DNA of 64,000 nucleotides from Roseateles sp. (lineage in GTDB: Bacteria > Pseudomonadota > Gammaproteobacteria > Burkholderiales > Burkholderiaceae_C), in the NCBI RefSeq assembly GCF_047654785.1, contig NZ_JASGKQ010000002.1, positions 577,268 through 641,267 on the forward strand, in the 5' to 3' direction. The translations under genes were made by a program, and so were the position numbers. The notes below the pieces were generated by a model. The model ran no database searches. It saw nothing but the letters and a program-made list of their open reading frames with translations, and had not been told where the DNA came from. Positions 39,000 through 46,022 of the stretch are shown in pieces. Position 1 is the stretch's first letter; each line of letters starts with the position of its first letter.

Positions 39000-39683
39000 T
39001 CAGGCCCGGGCCAGCTCGGCGCGCATCGCGTCGATGACCGCCCGGTAGTCCGGCTTGCCGAAGATCGCCGAGCCGGCGACGAAGGTGTCGGCGCCCGCCG
39101 CGGCGATCTCGCGGATGTTGTCCACCTTCACGCCGCCGTCGATCTCCAGCCGGATGTCGCGGCCGCTGCGGTCGATGAGCGCGCGCGCGCGGCGCAGCTT
39201 CTGCAGCGCCGACGGGATGAAGCTCTGCCCGCCGAAGCCGGGGTTCACGCTCATCAGCAGCACCAGGTCCACCTTGTCGATCACCCACTCCAGCACGTCC
39301 AGCGGCGTCGCCGGGTTGAACACCAGGCCGGCCTGCTTGCCCTCGGCCTTGATGAGCTGCAGCGTGCGGTCCACGTGGGCGCTGGCCTCGGGGTGGAAGC
39401 TCACCACGTCGGCCCCGGCGCGGCAGAAGGCCTGGGCCAGCGCGTCGACCGGCTGCACCATCAGGTGCACGTCGATGGTGGCCGGCGTGCCGTCGGGCCT
39501 CACGGCGTGCGGGCGCAGCGCCTCGCAGACCATGGGCCCGAAGGTCAGGTTGGGCACGTAATGGTTGTCCATCACGTCGAAGTGGATCCAGTCGGCGCCG
39601 GCGGCCAGCACGTCGCGGACCTCCTCGCCCAGGCGGGCGAAATCGGCGGACAGCAGGCTGGGGGCGATGCGGAAGGTGCTCAT
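39000..39683 (-). CDS. rpe: Ribulose-phosphate 3-epimerase
   Basis: Full-length Rpe pattern ([32 protein letters not shown]). Confidence 0.95.
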   Translation of the reverse strand: MSTFRIAPSLLSADFARLGEEVRDVLAAGADWIHFDVMDNHYVPNLTFGPMVCEALRPHAVRPDGTPATIDVHLMVQPVDALAQAFCRAGADVVSFHPEASAHVDRTLQLIKAEGKQAGLVFNPATPLDVLEWVIDKVDLVLLMSVNPGFGGQSFIPSALQKLRRARALIDRSGRDIRLEIDGGVKVDNIREIAAAGADTFVAGSAIFGKPDYRAVIDAMRAELARA

Positions 39684-39700
39684 GGCGCGGATTCTAGGAA
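39684..39700 (-). promoter_or_regulatory. TTCCTAGAATCCGCGCC motif abutting the rpe ATG
   Basis: The 17-mer is identical to 10942-10958. TAGAAT (39691-39696) lies 7 nt before the ATG and contains the TAG stop of tag. Confidence 0.4.
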
Positions 39701-40308
39701 GGCCGCCGGAACCCGTCCCGCGCCCGCTGCGCCTCGGCCCAGTGGTGGCAGCCGGGCTGGTGGTCGTTGATGAGGCCCATGGCCTGCATCAGCGCGTGCA
39801 TCGTCGTCGGGCCGACGAACTTCCAGCCGCGTTTCTTCAGATCCCGGGACAGCGCTTCGGACGCGGGCGACGTGGCCAGGCCGTGCGCCACCGAATTCGG
39901 CGCGGGCTCGAAGCGCCACAGGTAGGCGGCGAGGCTGCCCGTCTCGGCCACCAGCGCCACGCAGCGGCCGGCGTTGTGGATGGCGGCCTCGATCTTGCCG
40001 CGGTGGCGCACGATGCCCGGGTCGGCCAGCAGCCGGGCTACGTCCGGGGCGCCGAATTTTGCGACCCGGTGGAAGTCGAAGCCGGCGAACGCGGCGCGGA
40101 AGCCCTCGCGCTTGTTCAGGATGGTGCGCCACGACAGGCCGCTCTGGAAGCCTTCCAGGCACAGCTTCTCGAACAGGCGGACGTCGTCAGCCACGGGCCG
40201 GCCCCATTCCTCGTCGTGGTAGCGCAGGTAGAGCGCGTCGCCGGCCGCGGCAGCGCACCAGGCGCAACGCGGGCGGCCGTCGGGCGGCAGGTACAGGAGC
40301 TTCAGCAT
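39694..40308 (-). CDS. tag: DNA-3-methyladenine glycosylase I
   Basis: C-x-W...YHDEEWG...[15 protein letters not shown] signature. Confidence 0.9.
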   Translation of the reverse strand: MLKLLYLPPDGRPRCAWCAAAAGDALYLRYHDEEWGRPVADDVRLFEKLCLEGFQSGLSWRTILNKREGFRAAFAGFDFHRVAKFGAPDVARLLADPGIVRHRGKIEAAIHNAGRCVALVAETGSLAAYLWRFEPAPNSVAHGLATSPASEALSRDLKKRGWKFVGPTTMHALMQAMGLINDHQPGCHHWAEAQRARDGFRRPS

Positions 40309-40371
40309 TTAGGATCACGCCTTCCCGATGAACGGGCGCCGAGCATAGCCGCCGGCCCCCACAATTCCCCG

Positions 40372-40746
40372 ATGGCATCCCCTCGATTCACCTGCAGCGT
40401 CGCGGTGCAGGCGCTGCCCGAGCAGACCCACCTTGAACAAGGCCTGTACGCCTTCAGCTACACCGTCACCGTCGCCAACACCGGCGACGTGCTGGCCCAG
40501 CTGATCGGCCGGCACTGGGAGATCAGCGACGCGCGCGGCCAGGTGCAGGTGGTGGATGGCCTGGCCGTCGTGGGCCACCAGCCGGTGCTGGCGCCGGGCC
40601 AGAGCTTCCAGTACAGCTCGTGGGCGCAGATCGGCACGCCGCAGGGCAGCATGCGCGGCCGCTTCCTGTGCGTGACCGAGGGCTGCGAGATCTTCCACGC
40701 CGAGGTCGCCGAGTTCCTGCTCGCCGACAGCGCGTCCCTGCATTGA
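40372..40746 (+). CDS. apaG: ApaG protein
   Basis: Start at MASPRFTCSV. YAFSYTVTVANTG...GHQPVLAPGQSFQYSS is typical of the ApaG domain. Confidence 0.85.
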   Translation: MASPRFTCSVAVQALPEQTHLEQGLYAFSYTVTVANTGDVLAQLIGRHWEISDARGQVQVVDGLAVVGHQPVLAPGQSFQYSSWAQIGTPQGSMRGRFLCVTEGCEIFHAEVAEFLLADSASLH

Positions 40747-42725
40747 ACTGGGACCTCACCGCGCTGCTGAACGCCGCCGACCCGCAGGCGGCGCTGGCCG
40801 AGCGCAACCTGTGGCTGGTGCGGCTGCTGGAGTGGCTGCGCCATGCGCCGGGCGAGGACGCGGCCGCCGCGCCGCGTCCCGTGGTGCGGCCGGTCGTGCG
40901 GCTCAAGCACCTGCTGAACGTGCTGGAGCGCCACCCCGAGCACGCCTGGGCGTTCGCCGAGGTGATCGCCGGGGTGTGGAACGACGTGGACGCCGTCAGC
41001 CTGTTTGCCGAGGTGGGTTTCGCGCCGCGCATGGCGCTGTGGCACGAGTTCCTCGGCCGGCTGCGCCGCCGCCTGCTGCCGCACACCACCGACACGCGCG
41101 ACCTGGCCGAGCTGTTCGAGCTGCTGTTCGGCGACGAGACCGACGAGGACTGGATCGCCGCGATCGACGACGAGCTGCTCGGCCGGCTGAGCCTGCTGTT
41201 CCGCGCCGCGCCGGACGACGGCTGGCGCGTCGAGATGCGCGCCGCCGTCACCGTGCTGGTCAGCAGCGTGCACGCGGCCGGCCTGGCCGGGGCGCTGCGC
41301 GCGCGCATGGACGGCCCGCTGCTGCAGGACAAGCCCTTCCACCAGCTGCCCGCCGCGTGGGAGGCCGTGGAGCGCGTGCTGCAGCACCGCGGCGAGGACG
41401 GCGCCGGCGACGCGCTGGCCCCGGCGCTGCAATACCTGCGCGCGCTGCTGGACCGCTGCCGCGCCGCCGCGCTGACGGTGCCCGCGCACCTGGAGGTGCA
41501 CGGCGTGTCGGTGGACCTGATGTTCTCCGTAGAGCAGCTGACGGCGCGGCTGGATCGCATCGAGGCGCTGCTGTCCTGCCTGGTGTCGCCGCAGCCGCAG
41601 CGCGAGCTGCTGCGGCTGGTGGCCGGCCTGGTGCGCGTGGTGCACGAGCGGCGCAGCCTGCGCACGCTGTTCTCGCGGCACTACTCGCTGCTGGCGCGCA
41701 AGGTGGCCGAGCGCAGCGCCGAGACCGGCGAGCACTACATCACCCGCAACCGCGCCGAGTACCGCGACATGCTCAGGCGCGCGGCCGGCGGCGGCGCCGT
41801 CATCGCCGGCACCACCTTCGCCAAGTTCTTCATCGCGCTGCTGGGCTTCACGGCGTTCTGGGGCGGCTTCTGGGCCGGCGTGAACTACGCGCTGAGCTTC
41901 GTGCTCATCCACCTGCTGCACTGGACGGTGGCCACCAAGCAGCCGGCCATGACCGCGCCCGCGATGGCCGACAAGCTGCTCTACATCGACCGCGACGACG
42001 GCCTGCAGGGCTTCGTCGACGAGGTGACGCACCTGACGCGCTCGCAGGTGGCCGGCATCCTCGGCAACCTCGCGCTGGTCGCGCCGCTGGTGCTGGCGGT
42101 GCAGGGGCTGTGCTGGCTGGTCTTCGGCGCGCCGCTGGTGGGCGACAAGGAGGCGCACTACGTGCTGCACTCGCTGGACCTGTTCGGCCCGTCGCTGCTG
42201 TTCGCCGCGTTCACCGGCACGCTGCTGTTCGCGTCCAGCCTGGTCGCCGGCTGGGTGGAGAACTGGTTCGTGTTCCACCGGCTGGACAGCGCCATCGCCT
42301 GGAACCCGCGCATCGTCGCCATCTTCGGCCAGGCGCGCGCGCAGCGCTGGTCGCGCTGGTGGCGGGCCAACATCTCCGGCGTCGCCGCCAACACCAGCCT
42401 CGGGCTGATGCTGGGCCTGGCGCCCGCGCTGCTGGGCTTCCTGGGGCTGGGCCTGGAGGTGCGCCACGTCACGCTCGCCACCGGCCAGCTGGCAGCGGCC
42501 GTCGGCGCGCTGGGCGTGGGCGTGATGGCGACGTGGGCGTTCTGGTCCTGCGTGCTGTGCATCGCCGGCATCGGCGTGCTGAACGTGGGCGTGAGCTTCC
42601 TGTGCGCCTTCAAGGTCGCGCTGCGCTCGCGCGGCGTGCGGCTGGCGGACCGCCGGCGCGTCTACGCCGCGATCCGCGCGCGGCTGTGGCGCGAGCCGCT
42701 GAGCTTCCTGATCCCGCCGAAGTGA
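40743..42725 (+). CDS. Multi-TM protein of the family historically named site-specific recombinase (Gcr-like); function doubtful
   Basis: N-terminal soluble region plus several TM helices. No in-frame ATG lies near the 5' end. TTG 40743 overlaps the apaG stop. The start is uncertain. Confidence 0.65.
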   Translation: MNWDLTALLNAADPQAALAERNLWLVRLLEWLRHAPGEDAAAAPRPVVRPVVRLKHLLNVLERHPEHAWAFAEVIAGVWNDVDAVSLFAEVGFAPRMALWHEFLGRLRRRLLPHTTDTRDLAELFELLFGDETDEDWIAAIDDELLGRLSLLFRAAPDDGWRVEMRAAVTVLVSSVHAAGLAGALRARMDGPLLQDKPFHQLPAAWEAVERVLQHRGEDGAGDALAPALQYLRALLDRCRAAALTVPAHLEVHGVSVDLMFSVEQLTARLDRIEALLSCLVSPQPQRELLRLVAGLVRVVHERRSLRTLFSRHYSLLARKVAERSAETGEHYITRNRAEYRDMLRRAAGGGAVIAGTTFAKFFIALLGFTAFWGGFWAGVNYALSFVLIHLLHWTVATKQPAMTAPAMADKLLYIDRDDGLQGFVDEVTHLTRSQVAGILGNLALVAPLVLAVQGLCWLVFGAPLVGDKEAHYVLHSLDLFGPSLLFAAFTGTLLFASSLVAGWVENWFVFHRLDSAIAWNPRIVAIFGQARAQRWSRWWRANISGVAANTSLGLMLGLAPALLGFLGLGLEVRHVTLATGQLAAAVGALGVGVMATWAFWSCVLCIAGIGVLNVGVSFLCAFKVALRSRGVRLADRRRVYAAIRARLWREPLSFLIPPK

Positions 42726-42751
42726 AGCCCCTCGTCCAAGGATTACCTTGG

Positions 42752-42847
42752 CCGGTCCCCCGAGGGGACGGCGATGCTTGCCGGATTGACCGGCAAGCAC
42801 ATCGCCAGAGCGGGCCGGCTTGGGAGCGGCCCGGCGCTCGGCCCGCA
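42752..42847. repeat. Composite intergenic hairpin repeat, copy Y (long form)
   Basis: GTCCCCCGAGGGGAC is followed by the hairpin GGCGATGCTTGCCGG-attga-CCGGCAAGCAcaTCGCC, then the 36-mer at 42812-42847, which is identical to the reverse complement of 25493-25528. A further CCAAGGattaCCTTGG hairpin sits at 42737-42752. Confidence 0.7.
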
Positions 42848-42879
42848 GATTCAAGGGATGCGGGTCACGCGACGCGCGG

Positions 42880-42990
42880 TCAGGCGTCGTCGCGGCGCTC
42901 GCCCTTGTTGCGGCCGGCGAACATGGTCCACCAGATGATGAAGACGAAGATCAGCAGCGCGCCGAGGGCTTCGAGGGCGAGGAGCAGCAT
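42880..42990 (-). CDS. Small (36 aa) single-TM protein
   Basis: MLLLALEALGALLIFVFIIWWTMFAGRNKGERRDDA. Nearly all codons end in G or C. No SD. The start shares a CATG with the mltA ATG. Confidence 0.4.
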   Translation of the reverse strand: MLLLALEALGALLIFVFIIWWTMFAGRNKGERRDDA

Positions 42991-44074
42991 GGCGATGTGG
43001 GCGCGTGGAGGACTGGCGGCGATTCTAGGAATGCTCGCCGCCTGCTCTTCGCCGCCGTTGCTGCCGCCGGCTGCGCCCGGGCCCGCCAAGCCCATGCCCG
43101 CGGCGGGCCGCTGGGCCGCCGCCGACTGGCGGGACCTGCCCGGCTGGGGCGGCGACGACCTGCTCGCCGCCTGGCCCGCGCTGCTGGCCGGCTGCCAGCG
43201 CCCGGCGCCCGGCTGGGCCGAGTTCTGCGCCCGCGCCGCGCTGCAGCCGCCCGGCGACCCGCTGGAGGCCGCCGCGCTGCTGATGAAGCACCTGCGCCCC
43301 TGGCGGCTGGCCGCCGGCGACGGCGAGGCCACGGGCCTGCTGACCGGCTACTTCGAGCCCCAGCTCGCCGCGCGCCGCACGCGCCAGGGCGCCTTCCAGT
43401 GGCCGCTGCATGCGCTGCCGGCCGACCCCCGGCTCCGCCGCACGCCGCGCCGCGACATGGCCGCCGACCCGCGCTTCGCGGCGCTGGAGCTGGCCTACCT
43501 GGACGACCCGTTCGGCCTGCTGCAGCTACAGATCCAGGGCTCGGGCCGGCTCGTCGTGCGCGACGCCGCGGGCGCCGAGCGCATCAGCCGCGTCGCCTGG
43601 GCGGGCCACAACGACCAGCCCTTCGCCTCCGTCGCCCAGGCCCTGCTGGCCCGCGGCGAGGTGCGCGACGCCACGCCGCAGACCCTGAGCGACTGGGCGC
43701 GCCGCAACCCGGCCAGGGTGGGCGAGGCGCTGGCCGTGAACCCGCGCGTCGTCTACTTCCGCGAGGAGCCGCTGCCGGACCCGGCGCAAGGCCCGCGCGG
43801 CGCGCAGGGCGTGCCGCTGACGCCGGGCCGCTCCGTCGCCATCGACCGCAGCCACATCGCGCTCGGCACGCCGCTGTGGCTGGACAGCACCGAGCCGCTG
43901 TCCACCACGCCGCTGCGCCGCCTCGTGTTCGCGCAGGACACCGGCAGCGCCATCCAGGGCGCCGTGCGCGCCGACCTGTTCTGGGGCTGGGGCGACGAGG
44001 CCGCGCTGCGCGCCAGCCGCACCCGGCAGCCGCTGCGGCTGTGGGCGCTGCTGCCCGCCGGCCTCATTCCGTGA
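42989..44074 (+). CDS. mltA: Murein transglycosylase A (lipoprotein)
   Basis: Lipobox GMLAAC. MltA pattern GYFEP..., and 3D-domain DTGSAIQGAVRADLFWG. The start could be 42989, 42995 or 43031. Confidence 0.85.
   Translation: MAMWARGGLAAILGMLAACSSPPLLPPAAPGPAKPMPAAGRWAAADWRDLPGWGGDDLLAAWPALLAGCQRPAPGWAEFCARAALQPPGDPLEAAALLMKHLRPWRLAAGDGEATGLLTGYFEPQLAARRTRQGAFQWPLHALPADPRLRRTPRRDMAADPRFAALELAYLDDPFGLLQLQIQGSGRLVVRDAAGAERISRVAWAGHNDQPFASVAQALLARGEVRDATPQTLSDWARRNPARVGEALAVNPRVVYFREEPLPDPAQGPRGAQGVPLTPGRSVAIDRSHIALGTPLWLDSTEPLSTTPLRRLVFAQDTGSAIQGAVRADLFWGWGDEAALRASRTRQPLRLWALLPAGLIP
43015..43031 (-). promoter_or_regulatory. TTCCTAGAATCGCCGCC motif 24 nt upstream of the 36-aa ORF (inside the mltA 5' coding region)
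   Basis: Variant of the 17-mer, oriented toward the minus-strand small ORF. Confidence 0.3.
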
Positions 44075-44345
44075 CCTTGACGCCCTTCCAGAACGCATAG
44101 CGGCCCTTGATCTCGGCGGCGGCGGGCAGCGGGTCGGCGTAGGTCCAGGCCGCGTCCGGGTTCATCTCGCCGTCCACCAGCAGGCTCAGGTACTTCGCCT
44201 CGCCCTTCCACGCGCAGCGGCTGACGTGGTTGCTGAAGGTCGTGTACTGCCGGTTCAGCGACTCGGCGGGGAAGTAATGGTTGCCTTCGACGACCACCGT
44301 GTCGTCGCTCTCGGCGATGGTCACGCCGTTCCAGACTGCCTTCAT
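44064..44345 (-). CDS. DUF427 domain protein
   Basis: MKAVWNGVTIAESDDTVVVEGNHYFP...CAWKGEAKY pattern. 93 aa. Confidence 0.8.
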   Translation of the reverse strand: MKAVWNGVTIAESDDTVVVEGNHYFPAESLNRQYTTFSNHVSRCAWKGEAKYLSLLVDGEMNPDAAWTYADPLPAAAEIKGRYAFWKGVKVTE

Positions 44346-44369
44346 CGCGCTCTCCTCGAAAATGGATCC

Positions 44370-44606
44370 ATGAAACGCTACCACTCCCACCTCGGCCGCG
44401 ACATCGTCGTCACCGGCGGCAGCGCCCGCGACCTGGCGCCGGGCCAGTTCGGCGTGCTCGCCGTCGACGGCGGCGCGGGCGGCTGGTCGGTCGTCCACAA
44501 GGGGCCGGACGGCGGGGTCGTGGAGCTGAACAACGAGATGCACTTCGAGGCGCCGGAGGCCGCGCTGGCGTTCGTGAAGGAGTTGATCGGGATGATGGCG
44601 CCCTAA
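44370..44606 (+). CDS. Hypothetical 78-aa protein
   Basis: High third-position GC. No recognisable domain. Weak SD. Confidence 0.45.
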   Translation: MKRYHSHLGRDIVVTGGSARDLAPGQFGVLAVDGGAGGWSVVHKGPDGGVVELNNEMHFEAPEAALAFVKELIGMMAP

Positions 44607-44616
44607 ACTCGCCGCC

Positions 44617-44907
44617 ATGCGCCCCTCCGCCGCCCTCGCTCGCCAGCGTGCCGCCGTGCGCGAGGCGGCGGGGCGCTTCCGCGCCGCCAACCCGCGCGTG
44701 TTCGGCTCGGTGCTGCGCGGCACCGACACGGAGGGCAGCGACCTGGACCTGCTGGTGGATGCCCTGCCCGACGCGACCCTGTTCGACCTGGGCGGCCTGC
44801 AGCAGACGCTGGAAGACCTGCTCGGCGTGCGCGTCGATCTGGTGACGCCGGGGGACCTGCCGCAGCGCGTGCGCGCCATCGTGCTCGCGGAAGCGCAGCC
44901 AGTATGA
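44617..44907 (+). CDS. MNT-type nucleotidyltransferase antitoxin (type VII TA)
   Basis: FGSVLRGTDTEGSDLDLLV minimal NTase motif. 96 aa. Overlaps the downstream gene by 4 nt. Confidence 0.85.
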   Translation: MRPSAALARQRAAVREAAGRFRAANPRVFGSVLRGTDTEGSDLDLLVDALPDATLFDLGGLQQTLEDLLGVRVDLVTPGDLPQRVRAIVLAEAQPV

Positions 44908-45254
44908 AATCGGCCCGCCTGCCGGACTATTTGCAGCACATCCGGCAGGCGGCGCAGCGGGCGCGCGACTTCGTGGCCGGCATGACGCGTGAGGGCTTCG
45001 AGCGCGACCTGCGGACGCAACAGGCGGTCGAGATGAACCTCATCGTGATGGGCGAGGCCGCGTCCCGCGTGCTGGAGCATCACGCCGACTTCGCGCAGCG
45101 CCATCCGCAACTGCCCTGGCGCGAGATGCGCGGTATGCGCAACCGCATGGCCCACGGCTACTTCGACATCAATCTGGACGTGGTCTGGAACACCGTGCAG
45201 GCGGCGCTGCCGGCCTTGCTGGCGCAACTGGATGCCCTGCCCGCCGATGTCTGA
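44904..45254 (+). CDS. HepT-like (DUF86) ribonuclease toxin
   Basis: RX4HXY motif RNRMAHGY near the C-terminus. 116 aa. Confidence 0.85.
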   Translation: MKSARLPDYLQHIRQAAQRARDFVAGMTREGFERDLRTQQAVEMNLIVMGEAASRVLEHHADFAQRHPQLPWREMRGMRNRMAHGYFDINLDVVWNTVQAALPALLAQLDALPADV

Positions 45255-45906
45255 CGGCGCCTGCGGCGACGCGGGCGGCCTGACCCTCTACGGCGCCGCC
45301 GCGTCCGGCTCGGTGGCGGTGGAGGCCGCGCTGACGCTGCTGGGCTTGCCCTATGAACTCGTCGAGGGTGCGACCTGGGCCGACGCGGCGGCGCGCGAGC
45401 GCGTCGCGCCGGCCAATGCGATGCGCCAGGTGCCGACGCTGGTGTGGCCCGATGGCGAGGTCATGACCGAGAGCGCGGCCATCCTGATCCACCTCGCCGA
45501 CCAGCATCCCGAGGCGCGGCTGGCGCCCGCCGTGGATGCGCCGCTGCGCCGGTCCTTCCTGCGCTGGATGCTCCACGTGTCGTCGGCCATCTACGCGCTG
45601 CACTGGATCAAGCCCGACGTGGCGCGCATCGGCGCGCCCGAGAGCCTGCGGGGCGCGGTGGTGGACGCCGTGCACGAACGCATCGCCTTCTGCTGGGCCC
45701 ACATGGACGCCCAGCTCGACCCCGGCCGCCACCTGCTGGGCGACGAGCTGACGGTGCTGGACCTCTACGTCGCCGTCGTCTCCCGCTTCGGGCCGTGGCG
45801 CGAACGCTTCTACGAGGCCGCGCCGCGCATGACGCCGGCCGTGCGGCGGGTGGACGACGACCCGCGGCTGGCGGCGTTGTGGCGGGCGCGCTTCCCCGCT
45901 GGCTGA
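45247..45906 (+). CDS. Glutathione S-transferase family protein
   Basis: Start at MSDGAC. Thioredoxin-like N-domain (QVPTLVWPDGEVMTESAAILIHL) plus a helical C-domain. Confidence 0.75.
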   Translation: MSDGACGDAGGLTLYGAAASGSVAVEAALTLLGLPYELVEGATWADAAARERVAPANAMRQVPTLVWPDGEVMTESAAILIHLADQHPEARLAPAVDAPLRRSFLRWMLHVSSAIYALHWIKPDVARIGAPESLRGAVVDAVHERIAFCWAHMDAQLDPGRHLLGDELTVLDLYVAVVSRFGPWRERFYEAAPRMTPAVRRVDDDPRLAALWRARFPAG

Positions 45907-45942
45907 CGGCGCCGCCCGCGCCCGGGCCGGGTTTCGGCCGGG

Positions 45943-46008
45943 TTGACAAGCCCGCCCATTCGCCTAGGATTGATCCGAATAATTGAACAATGTTCCACAT
46001 ATTGGAAC
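45943..46008 (+). promoter_or_regulatory. Promoter (TTGACA-N16-TAGGAT) plus two 17-bp palindromic operator boxes
   Basis: TTGACA at 45943-45948. TAGGAT at 45965-45970. Box A GATCCGAATAATTGAAC at 45972-45988. Box B GTTCCACATATTGGAAC at 45992-46008. The same module occurs inverted at 54528-54594. Confidence 0.65.
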
Positions 46009-46022
46009 ATCCAAGGATTCCC

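Noticed and set aside
40743-42725. The recombinase family name, taken as evidence of a mobile element or genomic island.
   Set aside because: No integrase or transposase, no flanking direct repeats and no compositional shift are present. The gene sits in a conserved housekeeping context (rpe, tag, apaG, mltA).
40811-42988. Upstream 726 codons of the 1087-aa ORF that ends as mltA.
   Set aside because: This part is out of frame with the multi-TM protein that occupies the region, and it is Arg/Ala/Pro-rich. The MltA lipoprotein signal begins only at about 42989.
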